Origin: Candidatus Aenigmatarchaeota archaeon
GTDB lineage: Archaea > Aenigmatarchaeota > Aenigmatarchaeia > QMZP01 > QMZT01
DNA length: 64,000 nt
Reading direction: 5' to 3'
Assembly: GCA_963726265.1 (NCBI GenBank)
Contig: CAVSBQ010000002.1
Span: 544,001-608,000 of the forward strand
Part shown: positions 28,149-38,974 of the stretch, in pieces
Layout: every line of letters begins with the position of its first letter
How positions within the stretch are numbered: the first letter of the stretch is position 1
Made by a program: the position numbers and the translations under genes
Notes under the pieces: model-generated
Told to the model about the DNA's origin: nothing
Seen by the model: only the letters and a program-made list of their open reading frames with translations
Database searches by the model: none

Positions 28149-29252
28149 ATGCCAATACCCTGTTTCGATTTGTCAAGGCAGTACAATAAAATCAAGAGAG
28201 AAGTGGACTCGGCCGTGGGCAATGTTTTCGCGAGCAGCAACTTCATTCTCGGTAAACAGGTAGAACTTTTTGAGAAAAAGTTCGCGCAATATATTGGAAC
28301 GAAACATGCGGTCGGGGTCGGGAACGGAACCGATGCCCTGACCCTGAGCCTGGTCGCCTGCGGCGTAAAGGGCGGCGACGAGGTGATAGTGCCGTCATTC
28401 ACCGCAAGTCCGACCGTATTGGCTGTATCGGATGCGGGCGCGAACCCGGTTTTCGTTGACATAGACCCCGAGACGTATTGCATGAACCCGTCGCTGATAA
28501 AAAAGCAGATAACTAAAAAGACCAAGGCGATAATACCGGTACATCTTTACGGACATCCTGTTGACATGAAACCGGTCATGGAGATAGCCGACAAGCATGG
28601 TATAAAAATCATTGAGGATGCCTGCCAGGCGCATGGCTCAGAATATCGGGGCAGAAAGACTGGCTCGCTCGGCGATATCGGTTGCTTTAGTTTCTACCCC
28701 ACAAAAAATCTCGGCTGTTTCGGAGATGGCGGAATGGTTGTTACCAGAGACGGCGAGCTAGCAGAAAAAATCAGGATGCTCAGATGCATGGGTCAGAAAG
28801 GTAGGGTCTACCACAGCCTGATAAAAGGCTACAACAGCCGGCTTGATGAGCTGCAGGCCGCGGTTTTGAACGTGAAACTGCCGTATCTTGATGTATGGAA
28901 CGCGGCCAGAAGGAAGCACGCAAAAACCTACGGCAGACTTTTGGGCGGGACCGTGGTTACTCCTGATGAAGGCAAATACGCAAAACACATATATCATTTG
29001 TACGTTATCAGGACGCAGAGAAGGGACTGGCTAAGAGACGTGCTGGCCAGAAATGCCATAACGACCAGCATACATTATCCCATACCCGTCCATTTGCAGA
29101 AAGCTTACCTTGGCTGCTGTAAAGGCAGAGATGGCCTGCCATTCACTGAAAAATTTGCAGGTGAAATAATAACCCTGCCGATGTTTCCTGAAATGGAAAC
29201 CGACGAGATTGAAAAGGTCGCCGAAGTGATAACGAACGCTATGAAGAAATGA
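28149..29252 (+). CDS. DegT/DnrJ/EryC1/StrS PLP-dependent sugar aminotransferase
   Basis: GNGTDAL, PVHLYG, IEDACQAHG, SFYPTKNLG, NSRLDELQAA; start at MPIPCFDL. Confidence 0.93.
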   Translation: MPIPCFDLSRQYNKIKREVDSAVGNVFASSNFILGKQVELFEKKFAQYIGTKHAVGVGNGTDALTLSLVACGVKGGDEVIVPSFTASPTVLAVSDAGANPVFVDIDPETYCMNPSLIKKQITKKTKAIIPVHLYGHPVDMKPVMEIADKHGIKIIEDACQAHGSEYRGRKTGSLGDIGCFSFYPTKNLGCFGDGGMVVTRDGELAEKIRMLRCMGQKGRVYHSLIKGYNSRLDELQAAVLNVKLPYLDVWNAARRKHAKTYGRLLGGTVVTPDEGKYAKHIYHLYVIRTQRRDWLRDVLARNAITTSIHYPIPVHLQKAYLGCCKGRDGLPFTEKFAGEIITLPMFPEMETDEIEKVAEVITNAMKK

Positions 29253-30348
29253 CTTTTTTATAAACCTCAATAGTCTTGGCCGCTATTCCTCTCCACTCAT
29301 ATTCTCTTGCCGTTTTCTTCCCATTCTCGCCAAGTTTTTTGCGCAGCTCCCTGCTCTCTATCAGCTTTTCTATGTTCTTAGTAAACTGGTCCAGATTGCC
29401 TGCTCCGGCAAGGAGGGCCGAATCTCCGGTTATTTTCTCGATCTCTGCAAAATCATAGGAAACTATCGGCTTTCCGGATGCCATGTATTCGAAAAGTTTT
29501 ACAGGACACCAGTAAAATCCGTATTTTTCCAGGGACCTGAACCTCTCGACACTGAACGGGGCTATCAGTATATCTGACTGGAAAAGAACGGACGGTATGT
29601 CCGCATAAGCCAGCGGCCCGGTAAAAATCATGCCTTCCCTTTTCCTGCTTCTGATTTCATTGAAAAGCGGCCCGCCGCCAGCCAGAAGGAAAATCGTATT
29701 CTTGTATTTTTTACCGATTTTTTCCGAGATTGCGGGTATGTCCTGAACCCCATGCCACTCGCGGAAAGCGCCTACAAAGGTTATTATGATTTTTCCCGGC
29801 GGTATGTTGTATTTCTCTCTTATGTCAAAATTGCCTTTGTTTTTTTCGAAAAAATCTATGTCAACCCCGTTTGGTATTACAAATATCTTTCCATGGTAAA
29901 ATTTTGACAATATTTTTTTCATCGTATCGGTCTGCGTTATGATTGCATCCGCGCGGCCAAACTTTCTTTTAATAATTTTCGAATATATCTTTTTTTTCAG
30001 GCCGGAGTGGATGATTGGAGCGGGGTCATTCACCTCCAGCACGTATTTTCTTTTTCCCACGAAAAGCAGGTCCATCGGGTTGATGTGAAACCTTTCGTGT
30101 ATTATGTCGAACTTGCCAGTCTCTTTCTTCATCTGTCTGTAGCTTTTGACGTTTTTTATTGGGTTCTTCATGCCAGAAGGTGGTAGGGAAACGAACGTGG
30201 CTGGTATGTCTGGCTTTGCATTGCTGCCTCTTATGAAAAGCCTTATCTCCGTCAACCTGGAAAGGGCCTTCACGATGTTGTATGTGTGGACGAAGCCGGC
30301 ATGGTTCGAGCCATATGTTTCGCCAAGAGCAAAATAAGCGATTTTCAT
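29239..30348 (-). CDS. Glycosyltransferase family 4
   Basis: IPNGVD, FVGAFREWHG, PVKLFEYMASGKP; start at MKIAYF. Confidence 0.9.
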   Translation of the reverse strand: MKIAYFALGETYGSNHAGFVHTYNIVKALSRLTEIRLFIRGSNAKPDIPATFVSLPPSGMKNPIKNVKSYRQMKKETGKFDIIHERFHINPMDLLFVGKRKYVLEVNDPAPIIHSGLKKKIYSKIIKRKFGRADAIITQTDTMKKILSKFYHGKIFVIPNGVDIDFFEKNKGNFDIREKYNIPPGKIIITFVGAFREWHGVQDIPAISEKIGKKYKNTIFLLAGGGPLFNEIRSRKREGMIFTGPLAYADIPSVLFQSDILIAPFSVERFRSLEKYGFYWCPVKLFEYMASGKPIVSYDFAEIEKITGDSALLAGAGNLDQFTKNIEKLIESRELRKKLGENGKKTAREYEWRGIAAKTIEVYKKVISS

Positions 30349-31052
30349 TGCCGCCACACCTTCCAGGGGGTGTTTCCTCTTTCCCACATGTCGTTCAGCT
30401 CCTTCACTTCCTTGAGCGTGTTCATCGACTTCCAGAATCCCCTGTGCTTGAAGGCGCATATCTGCCTCTTCTTGGCGAGCTCCCTGAAAACGTCATCCTC
30501 CAGCTCCATTCCCTTCTTCATGTAAGAAAATATTTTTTTATTCACGACGAAAAAGCCGCCGTTTATCCAGTGCCTCAGCACGGGCTTCTCCTTGAAATCG
30601 ACTATCTCGCTCTTCTCATTGAGTTTAAGTATGCCATATTGGGACACAGGATTTATGCTCGTCATGGTTGCTATTTTTTTATTTTTCGTGTGAAAATTCA
30701 GTATTTTGTTTATGTCGACATCCGACAAATCGTCGCCGTAAGCAAGAAAGAAATCCTCGCCATCAATGAGCTTTTCAATCCTGCGCAATCTCTCGGCTTT
30801 GCTGCTTTTCAGGCCGGTGTCTACAAACGTTATGTTTCCTAAGCCGCGGCCGTTCTTCCTGAAATATGCCTTTATTTTGTCACCCTTATAGCCAAGGCAG
30901 AGGATAAAATCGTTGTAACCGTAATGGGAATAAATTTTCATGATGTGCCACAATATCGGCTTCCCGCCGACTTCAATCAGCGGCTTTGGTATCTTTTCCG
31001 TATACTCCCTCAGCCTCAGACCTTCTCCGCCGCACAGTATTACTACCTTCAT
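30345..31052 (-). CDS. rfbF: Glucose-1-phosphate cytidylyltransferase-like
   Basis: VILCGGEGLRL, PILWHIMKIY, CLGYKG, VDTG, YGDDLSD, WINGGFF, HRGFW. Confidence 0.85.
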   Translation of the reverse strand: MKVVILCGGEGLRLREYTEKIPKPLIEVGGKPILWHIMKIYSHYGYNDFILCLGYKGDKIKAYFRKNGRGLGNITFVDTGLKSSKAERLRRIEKLIDGEDFFLAYGDDLSDVDINKILNFHTKNKKIATMTSINPVSQYGILKLNEKSEIVDFKEKPVLRHWINGGFFVVNKKIFSYMKKGMELEDDVFRELAKKRQICAFKHRGFWKSMNTLKEVKELNDMWERGNTPWKVWRQ

Positions 31053-31100
31053 GTCCCTCGCCTTTATATTTATATAAATCGGTGCGAGTTTTAAAACATT

Positions 31101-32006
31101 TCACTTCAGCAACAGTTTTATGAAATGAAAAATCTCCAGAAATCTGCGCATGCCCCACAGAAATGGCGAGCATACGCCTACAAGAACATCGCCGGTTCTC
31201 CGCATCATCGCAGAAAATAATGCCAGGTACATTACCGGCAATGAAAACGAAAACATCAACATCTGTATGAAAACGCCTATCGCTTTGAAGGGGTATATGA
31301 AAAAGCCCTTCGCCATGTTGCTGCACTGCCTCTTGTAATCTTTAAAATGGGTCCCCATGTCGGTGTAATAAACAATATCGCCTGAATCCAGTTTCGGTAT
31401 TTTCAGCTTCTCCAGTTTCATGGCAAAGGCGATATCCTCCCTGTAGTAGGCTTTTTCATCGAAACGGCCGGCCCTGAAAAACTCCTTTGTTCTTATTATA
31501 TACGGGCAGAACGGGCCTGTGTACAAAATTTTATTGGGTCTCCTGCGGAATTTTTTCCTAGTCATCCAGCGATACAAAAAAATCCTTCTCCAGTTTTGTG
31601 GTATGGCGGTTCTCCTGTCTCCGCACACAAAGTCTATGTCCCTATATTTCTGGAACGTTTTCGCTATGCTTTCGAGCGTATCCTCTCCTGCCCAGTCATC
31701 CGAGTCCAGAAAGAACAAAATGTTCCCTTTGGCTGTCTCAGCTCCTCTGTTCCTTGAAAAGGCCACGCCCCTTTTTTTTATGAATTCCTTGCTGGGGTCG
31801 GGATCATAATTGAGCAGTTTTATTTTTTGGGGATGCTTTTTTACAAGACCCTTTGCTATCTCCCCTGTCATGTCGGTCGAGCCGTTGTTGACGACGATTA
31901 TCTCATAATTATTATAAGTGGATTTGAGCACGGAATTTATCGCTTTTGCTATGACATCCTCTTCGTTGTGAGCTGGGATTATAACTGATATGAAATTTTT
32001 AAACAT
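31101..32006 (-). CDS. Glycosyltransferase family 2 with C-terminal TM
   Basis: ISVIIPAHNEE, VNNGSTD, SRNRG, FLDSD, RED. Confidence 0.88.
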   Translation of the reverse strand: MFKNFISVIIPAHNEEDVIAKAINSVLKSTYNNYEIIVVNNGSTDMTGEIAKGLVKKHPQKIKLLNYDPDPSKEFIKKRGVAFSRNRGAETAKGNILFFLDSDDWAGEDTLESIAKTFQKYRDIDFVCGDRRTAIPQNWRRIFLYRWMTRKKFRRRPNKILYTGPFCPYIIRTKEFFRAGRFDEKAYYREDIAFAMKLEKLKIPKLDSGDIVYYTDMGTHFKDYKRQCSNMAKGFFIYPFKAIGVFIQMLMFSFSLPVMYLALFSAMMRRTGDVLVGVCSPFLWGMRRFLEIFHFIKLLLK

Positions 32007-32010
32007 GTCA

Positions 32011-32655
32011 TCATTTTTGTATATTTTTAATTTTAGTGGCTTTAAAAAAGCCAAATCCACAAAGGGATTTTCTTATGATTTTAAGCTTACCAACTACAGT
32101 GCAATTTTCAAGTATAAATCCATTTTCTTCCAAATTTCTTTTTATTGAAGCTATCGTTAACAATCTGCAGTGATGATCATCAAAAATATCTTTTCCTAAT
32201 AATAATTGAATTCTGTATCTCCACCAACTTAATAGTGGACATGTAATTATTAGCGTTCCTTGTGTTTTCATGACCCTATTTATTTCATAAAAAAAATTTC
32301 CAATGAGGCCGAGATGTTCAATTACTTCACCGGCATAAACTACATCGAAAAAATTGTTTTTAAATGGAATTTTTGTTCTGACATCACCGATCTTAACTTC
32401 TATTCCTTTTCTTTTTGCAAGTTTAATTGCATTTTCTGATATGTCTATTCCATAAATTAGAAGCTTTTTCTCTCTAAAAATTTTGGTTTCGTGTAGCGCA
32501 CCACAACCTACGCTCAAAAGCCTTCCATTGTTTGGTAACCAATTAAAAATAAATTTTTTAATTATTTCATTATGTTTCTTGGTACCTTTCTCATCATCAT
32601 TCCTTTCTATAATAACTTTGTAAATATCGTCATAAAATTTTTTTTCTACTCTCAT
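32011..32655 (-). CDS. Class I SAM-dependent methyltransferase
   Basis: LLSVGCG, GIDIS, PFKNNFFD, GEVIEH. Confidence 0.88.
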   Translation of the reverse strand: MRVEKKFYDDIYKVIIERNDDEKGTKKHNEIIKKFIFNWLPNNGRLLSVGCGALHETKIFREKKLLIYGIDISENAIKLAKRKGIEVKIGDVRTKIPFKNNFFDVVYAGEVIEHLGLIGNFFYEINRVMKTQGTLIITCPLLSWWRYRIQLLLGKDIFDDHHCRLLTIASIKRNLEENGFILENCTVVGKLKIIRKSLCGFGFFKATKIKNIQK

Positions 32656-32782
32656 AATTTATCTTATCTAACCGAATTCATAATATACTCAATACTGTTC
32701 AAATAGAACTCATTTTTAAATCTATAAAATATTAGGTTAATATTAATTTATTTCAAACAAAAATTAATTGATTGTGTTGAAT

Positions 32783-33742
32783 ATGGAAAAGGTATTAATA
32801 ACCGGTATAACTGGATTTGTTGGATCGCATCTATCTGAATTTTTACTTGCTAAAAAACTAGAAATTTATGGTATAGAAAGATGGAGGAGTAGAACTGAAA
32901 ATATAAACCATATAACGGATAAATTAAAACTGATAAAAGCTGATATGAGAGATGCTCACTCGATAGAACAGGTCATAAGCAAAATAGAGCCGGATTATAT
33001 TTTTCATCTAGCGGCACAGAGTTACGTACCAATGTCTTGGAATGCACCAGCAGATACACTCGAAACAAATGTTATAGGAACTGTAAACCTTTTCGAGGCG
33101 ATTCGAAAGTCAAAAATAAATCCTAAAATTCATGTTGCTGGATCCAGTGAAGAGTATGGTATGGTTTACAAAAATGAATTGCCAATAAAGGAAACCAATC
33201 CTTTAAGACCACTGAGCCCATATGGTGTTTCTAAGGTTTCGCAGGATGTTCTTTCATATCAGTATAACAAATCATACGGCCTCAAAATAGTCGTTACCCG
33301 AGCCTTCAACCACACTGGCCCCAGAAGGGGTGACGTGTTTGTTACATCGAATTTTGCAAAGCAGGTTGTGGAAATAGAGAAGGGAAAGAAAAAACCGATT
33401 ATAGAAGTGGGTAATCTCGAGGCGAAAAGAGACTTCTCGGATGTAAGGGATGTTGTAAGGGCCTACTGGCTCGCCATCAACAAATGCGACTTCGGCGAAG
33501 CTTACAATATATGTTCAGGCAAGGCCATAAGCATGAAAGAACTTCTCGATTTGATACTAAGCATGAGCAAGGTTAAGGGCATTAAAATTGTAAAGGATCC
33601 TGCAAGGATGAGACCTTCGGACGTTCCAGTTCTTCTTGGCGACTGTAGCAAATTCAAGAAAAAGACAGGCTGGAAACCAGAAATACCGTTTGAAAAAACA
33701 ATGGAAGACTTAATGAATTACTGGAGAGACATTATAGTATAA
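32783..33742 (+). CDS. GDP-mannose 4,6-dehydratase / Rmd family SDR
   Basis: ITGITGFVGSH, HLAAQSYV, GSSEEYG, SPYGVSK, FNHTGPRRG, RPSDVP. Confidence 0.88.
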   Translation: MEKVLITGITGFVGSHLSEFLLAKKLEIYGIERWRSRTENINHITDKLKLIKADMRDAHSIEQVISKIEPDYIFHLAAQSYVPMSWNAPADTLETNVIGTVNLFEAIRKSKINPKIHVAGSSEEYGMVYKNELPIKETNPLRPLSPYGVSKVSQDVLSYQYNKSYGLKIVVTRAFNHTGPRRGDVFVTSNFAKQVVEIEKGKKKPIIEVGNLEAKRDFSDVRDVVRAYWLAINKCDFGEAYNICSGKAISMKELLDLILSMSKVKGIKIVKDPARMRPSDVPVLLGDCSKFKKKTGWKPEIPFEKTMEDLMNYWRDIIV

Positions 33743-33743
33743 G

Positions 33744-34841
33744 CTAATTTCTTATGCTACACGTGTACAAAGTTTCGATTTTCTTTGCCACGTCGTTTTT
33801 TCTAAATTCTCTGACTCTTTGCATCGCTTTTTTAGATATATTTGAAAGCGGCGTTTTGTTCAATCTAAACAATAAATCGGCAACCTCTTCCGGTTTTGAA
33901 TAGTCAACTATATAACCGTTTTCGCCGTTTTTAACAAAATATCTGAACGAATCCAAGTCATTCAAAACGACAATCAATCCGGATGCCATGGCCTCGACGG
34001 CGGAAATGCCGAAGCTCTCGTATTCCGAAGCGGAAAGGGAAAATGTCGCCTCGCGCATGTGTTTCAACATCTCTGTGTTGCTGGCTTCGCCGAAGAATTC
34101 GATATTTTTGCTAATTCCTTCTGAAATAATCCGTTTCTCGAGCGAAGCCGTTAGGCCTTCCCAGTCCTTGCCTATTATGTATAGCTTTGTCCTTGGCTCA
34201 CGTCTGGCGAGTATTTTCACCACGTCAATAAGCCTGTCTACGCGCTTGTTTTTTGATATGCGACCTACATAGATCATTTTGAAGTTACTCCTTTTTCTTT
34301 CTTCTGACTTGAATTTTTCTGTTGCGATGGGCACAGGTATAAGTTCTACCTTATGTGAAATTTCTGAAAACAACTTTTGGTCATGATAGCTTATGGCTAT
34401 TATTTTTTCTGCGTTGCTGAGCACAAACCTGCACCATAGATTGAAATAAATCTTTTTTATCGTGCTGAGATTTCTGGTGTGAAAAACCCCGCCAACGCCT
34501 GAAACAAAGATCGGTTTTCTGTGGAAAATTTTCGTGAGGCAGAGGAAATCGGAGAAAAAGCCTGTGCCGTAGATATGAACAATATCGTATTTCTTGGCTA
34601 TTTTCAGAACCCTTGGAGCGATTTTGTAGTATTTAGTATTCATGAATGGTATTCTGTGTATGGTTATACCCCTATATTTCTCTTTTGAAGGCAACTTTTC
34701 TTTTGTTTTGGGCAGTCTGTTAAGACAGCACACATCACTGACGTGACCCGCCTTAATCAACTCCGAACATAAGTCTTCAATATAACTTTCTACGCCACCT
34801 CTGAAGGGGTAAAAATTGTTATAAACATGAAGTATTTTCAT
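33744..34841 (-). CDS. Glycosyltransferase family 4 (mannosyltransferase-like)
   Basis: GGVESY, YVGRISKNK, YESFGISAVEAMASG; start at MKILHV. Confidence 0.9.
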   Translation of the reverse strand: MKILHVYNNFYPFRGGVESYIEDLCSELIKAGHVSDVCCLNRLPKTKEKLPSKEKYRGITIHRIPFMNTKYYKIAPRVLKIAKKYDIVHIYGTGFFSDFLCLTKIFHRKPIFVSGVGGVFHTRNLSTIKKIYFNLWCRFVLSNAEKIIAISYHDQKLFSEISHKVELIPVPIATEKFKSEERKRSNFKMIYVGRISKNKRVDRLIDVVKILARREPRTKLYIIGKDWEGLTASLEKRIISEGISKNIEFFGEASNTEMLKHMREATFSLSASEYESFGISAVEAMASGLIVVLNDLDSFRYFVKNGENGYIVDYSKPEEVADLLFRLNKTPLSNISKKAMQRVREFRKNDVAKKIETLYTCSIRN

Positions 34842-35797
34842 ATTCTGATCGCCCCCGAAATAAGGCCGAGCGCGAAAACTGCTGTTCTTAGCAACGAAAT
34901 CAGCGGAGTCCAAATGCCGACGCTTATGTCATTTTTCGCGTTTTTGAACGTCAAAGGAAACGTTGACAATATCAATAAAACGGCGAAAAAGGCTGCAAAA
35001 TACGCAAAATAACTGGTGAGAGGGTAGAGAAGAAGCGTGAGTATTGATAAACACAATGCAGCTATCTGAAATTTAAGGGTATGAGGCGTATATGATTCGT
35101 TGGCCATTTTTTCCGGATGTTTTTTGTATAGCAGCACTCTCCAATGAGCGCGCCAGAACTTTTGCCTCAAATACATCAAAAGCGAGTCTACATGTTTGTG
35201 GTAAACGATCGCATTATTGTTGAAAACCATCTTATGACCGGCCTTTGCAAGTTTGAATGAAAGCTCTGGGTCCTCACCTGAAGCTGCTGAAAAGGATTCG
35301 TCGAAACCTCCAAATTGCATGAATTCGCGTTTTCTGTAGCCGGCAGAGTACGAACCGATGAAGTCGATGAAGCGTCTTTTTCTCATCCTATCGTACCTGT
35401 CTTCAATCTCAAGCTGAACAAACCTCGCTATAACATCTTTCTGAAGCGTTTTATATCTACCCTGAACACCGATTACCTCTTTGTTTTCAAATGGTTTTGT
35501 CATCTCTGAAACCCAGTTTTCGTCCACGGTGCAATCTGAGTCTGTGAAAATGAACACATCGCATTTTGCACTCTTGGCTCCAAAATTCCTCGCGGCAGCC
35601 GGGCCTTTGTGCTTTTGTTCAAGGAGCTTTATAATCCTGAATTTTTTGATGATTTCCTTTGTTTTGTCGGTCGAGCCGTCATCAACTACGATTATTTCAT
35701 TGGGTTTTTTATTTTGTCTGAGGAGCGATTCTATACATTTGCCTATCGTTTTTTCGCCGTTGTAGACCGGTATAATAACGGACACTTTATCATTCAT
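34838..35797 (-). CDS. Glycosyltransferase family 2 with C-terminal TM
   Basis: VSVIIPVYN, VDDGSTD, GPAAARN, FTDSDC, GEDPEL. Confidence 0.92.
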   Translation of the reverse strand: MNDKVSVIIPVYNGEKTIGKCIESLLRQNKKPNEIIVVDDGSTDKTKEIIKKFRIIKLLEQKHKGPAAARNFGAKSAKCDVFIFTDSDCTVDENWVSEMTKPFENKEVIGVQGRYKTLQKDVIARFVQLEIEDRYDRMRKRRFIDFIGSYSAGYRKREFMQFGGFDESFSAASGEDPELSFKLAKAGHKMVFNNNAIVYHKHVDSLLMYLRQKFWRAHWRVLLYKKHPEKMANESYTPHTLKFQIAALCLSILTLLLYPLTSYFAYFAAFFAVLLILSTFPLTFKNAKNDISVGIWTPLISLLRTAVFALGLISGAIRI

Positions 35798-35804
35798 GTC
35801 AGCA

Positions 35805-37241
35805 CTACTCCTGATTTTTGAAAACATGCTTTGAAAATGTTCTCAGTGATTTGAGTGTCCTGGTGAATTCCCCAGGATGCGAGATAACCTGTGCCATTTT
35901 TGAGGTTATGTACTTGCCTCTCAGATAATACTCTTTTCTCATATGATTACAAAGCTTCAGCAACTCTTCTGAAGGCATATCGGGTCTTGAAACCGTTGTA
36001 TTGTGAAGTCCTTCTTTGGTGACCCATTTGGAATAATCCTCTGTTGAAATGTAGCCGCTGCGTTTAGCCCAATCATATGCTTCAGTTCCCGGATAAACCA
36101 TGAGCGGGTAGAACTGCGCCGTATCGGGATTAAGCTCCTTGGCAAATTCAAGCGTCTCTCGCATGGTTTCCTTGTTATCGCCAGGGAGGCCTAGTATAAA
36201 ACAGCCATTCACCAGAAGTCCTGCTTTTCTCGTGTTTTTCATGAATTCTACCTGAAGCTGACGTGTAGTATTTTTATGAATGTTATCTAGCACATTCTGG
36301 CTTGGCGTCTCGAAGCCGACGCACAGCAGTCTGCAGTTGGCTTTTTTCATCAGCTTGAGCGTTTCTAGGTCGGTATTTACCCTAGCGTTGCATGACCATT
36401 TCAGCTTTATTTTTCTCTCGACCAGAAGATTGCATATTTTTTCCGTCCTTTCCTTCAGGACAGGGAATGTGTCATCTTCTATCATAATCTCGCGGACGTA
36501 TGGAAGCTCGTTTTGTATATATTCGAATTCGCTGGCAACATTCTCTGGCGAACGGTAACGATATGATGCTTTGAAAGGAATATTGCAGAAAGAGCAGTTA
36601 TAAGGGCATCCCCTTGCTGTAAGAATCGTCACTTGTGGCCAGCGTAAAGAGGCGTAGAAGTATTTTTTGATATCCAAGTGTTTTTTGTAAACCTCTGAAA
36701 CGAATGGTAAATCGTCGAGGTTTTTGATTGGCGGCCTGTCTGGGTTGTGAATTATTTTTTTGCCGTCCCTGAACGACAGGCCTTTGACGCCTTTCATGTT
36801 TTTGCCTTTTTGAAGCGCTTCTGCGAGGGCGACGACTGTTTCATCATATTCGCCTCTGCACACGGAATCGACGTTTTTGGATAAATTAAGCGTTTGTTCC
36901 AGAAGGCGTGTCGGATGCGTTCCGACAAGAGAAACATGCAAGACGCCGGCTTCCTTTATTTTGGAAGCGATGTCGACATCGTTGTATATGCTGGGGGTGC
37001 TGGTGTCCAATATCGCCAGATCCGGTTTGAACTGCCTGACAAATTCAAGCGTTTCATTTTCATTCCAAGCGTTTGCTATGGCATCCACGAGCTTTACCTG
37101 AAAGCCGTGCTTTTCAAGGTTTCCAGTCGCATACGAGAGAAAATATGGAACGTAGAGCGTCCCTCCCTTGGTCACGCAGGGCGAGCGCGACTGCCTCGAA
37201 TAGCGGCTAAGGAACGGCGGATTGAGCATCAGGATTTTCAT
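35805..37241 (-). CDS. B12-binding radical SAM protein (HpnJ-like)
   Basis: N-terminal B12-binding region (LMLNPP, DTSTPS, RGEYD), TARGCPYNCSFC, EDDTF, YPGT. Confidence 0.9.
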   Translation of the reverse strand: MKILMLNPPFLSRYSRQSRSPCVTKGGTLYVPYFLSYATGNLEKHGFQVKLVDAIANAWNENETLEFVRQFKPDLAILDTSTPSIYNDVDIASKIKEAGVLHVSLVGTHPTRLLEQTLNLSKNVDSVCRGEYDETVVALAEALQKGKNMKGVKGLSFRDGKKIIHNPDRPPIKNLDDLPFVSEVYKKHLDIKKYFYASLRWPQVTILTARGCPYNCSFCNIPFKASYRYRSPENVASEFEYIQNELPYVREIMIEDDTFPVLKERTEKICNLLVERKIKLKWSCNARVNTDLETLKLMKKANCRLLCVGFETPSQNVLDNIHKNTTRQLQVEFMKNTRKAGLLVNGCFILGLPGDNKETMRETLEFAKELNPDTAQFYPLMVYPGTEAYDWAKRSGYISTEDYSKWVTKEGLHNTTVSRPDMPSEELLKLCNHMRKEYYLRGKYITSKMAQVISHPGEFTRTLKSLRTFSKHVFKNQE

Positions 37242-37335
37242 GAAATCACATATTAATAGCAGCATAAAAATATATAAAAAACAAATAGATGTGGGTTTTG
37301 TGATGAAAACTGAATTTTGGTTGCATGATCAAAAA

Positions 37336-38874
37336 TTAAAAACTAGGCAATGGTGGTATTTTGGAGTCGTTTCTGACATAAACCCATAAATACCAGTTTT
37401 CATAACCTTTGCCGACTATTCCTTTTAATATATATTTTGAAAATTTTTCATGTGTCATGTATATTGAAAAGGATTTGGAAACTTCTGTCTTGTTTCCTGA
37501 TAGTATGATTAATTCCGGATTGAAGGAAAAAATGTAATCTGGGGCTGGAGCCTCTACACCGGGATAATAATGAGCTATATATTCGTCATTCAAACCAAGA
37601 TAATCTATTGTATTGATATCCGAATAAAATGGAATAGCACCGCATTCTCCTGTTACCATAATGGTGTTTTTATCGACATTTTCACCCAGCCATTTACCGA
37701 ATGGTACATAAGACTGGCTAACCTTGTTATTGTGTTCATGAACCCATTTGTTTTCGCTAAAATAATCATCCATGAAACGTAGTGTTGGACTGGGACCAAC
37801 ACCGTCAAGAAGTACGATATTATATGGGGGGTCTGTATTAATTCCAAATGGATTAGTCATAACAATAAGGAACAAAACCAACACGGCAAATTTTATTTTT
37901 ATGTTGTTTATTTTAAACACCTCATGCAATCCCTTAGCTGACAAAATTCCTAATAGAGGTAGCATTGGGATAAAAAATCTCAATGGGTACATCATCATCG
38001 TACCAACTATCATGGAAACGAAAATCCAAGCTATAACCATAAGCAATAGTGTTCTGCCATTCCTTTTCAGGTGTGGAATAGAAAAGAGCATTAAAAAATA
38101 TAAAGGAAGTGTGTAAACTATTGTTAAACCGTGTTTCACAACAATGCCGTTGATTTTAACGTATGCCGGATTTGGCATTGGATACCCGTAAAAACTCCAT
38201 TTCCATATAAAAAATGGTGCATATATCAATGAAAAAAAAGCCAATATGATCAATGGATTTTTCAGGTTGATTTTTTTTGTTTCAAAATAATCTGCAAAAA
38301 AATCAATTCCCAGCAAGACTAAAAAGAATATGACTCCTTCAGGCCTCGTCATTGCAAAAAGAGCAAAAAGGATGGATGATAATATACGTTTTCTGATACT
38401 TTCAGAGAAGAAAAAAAACAAACCTGCTAAAAACAGAGATGCCGCCATGGCTGTCTCCATTCCTGAGACTGACCAAAGAGGAAAAACGGGCATCAGAGCT
38501 ATAAACAGGGTGCTTATGCCGGCAATTTTTTTGTTGTCAAATATCCTCCGGGCCAGCAGATACGTCAGAAAGATTATAGAAATTCCGAATATGGTGCCGC
38601 ATATCTTTGAGAAAATTAAGGTATCGATTCCCATGGGGAAGGAAATTGACATCAAAATTGCCCATAGAAAACTACTGTAGCCTTCTACCGGTTTAAATGG
38701 TGGATAATTCCATACCAAATTATAGCCTTCGGCGAGATGTCTAGAATATCTGAACGTGATAAAACTATCATCAATAATGAAATCCCTCATAATCCATAAA
38801 ATCACTAAAAAGATGATTATTGATAGAAAGACAAATTTGTAATCATTTACTGTTTTTTTGACTTTTTTATTCAT
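37336..38874 (-). CDS. GT-C fold membrane glycosyltransferase (ArnT/PMT/AftB-like)
   Basis: IDDSFITFRY first-loop motif, VEGYSS, SGMET, TRPEG, PNPAYVK, DYLGL; multi-TM. Confidence 0.8.
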   Translation of the reverse strand: MNKKVKKTVNDYKFVFLSIIIFLVILWIMRDFIIDDSFITFRYSRHLAEGYNLVWNYPPFKPVEGYSSFLWAILMSISFPMGIDTLIFSKICGTIFGISIIFLTYLLARRIFDNKKIAGISTLFIALMPVFPLWSVSGMETAMAASLFLAGLFFFFSESIRKRILSSILFALFAMTRPEGVIFFLVLLGIDFFADYFETKKINLKNPLIILAFFSLIYAPFFIWKWSFYGYPMPNPAYVKINGIVVKHGLTIVYTLPLYFLMLFSIPHLKRNGRTLLLMVIAWIFVSMIVGTMMMYPLRFFIPMLPLLGILSAKGLHEVFKINNIKIKFAVLVLFLIVMTNPFGINTDPPYNIVLLDGVGPSPTLRFMDDYFSENKWVHEHNNKVSQSYVPFGKWLGENVDKNTIMVTGECGAIPFYSDINTIDYLGLNDEYIAHYYPGVEAPAPDYIFSFNPELIILSGNKTEVSKSFSIYMTHEKFSKYILKGIVGKGYENWYLWVYVRNDSKIPPLPSF

Positions 38875-38974
38875 TTTGATAATAGGCAGGATTTTATTTA
38901 AATGTTATGGTTTTGGGATATGGAAATGGGTTAATTAATATTCAATAGCATATAAAACATATTTGGGTTTTGCT

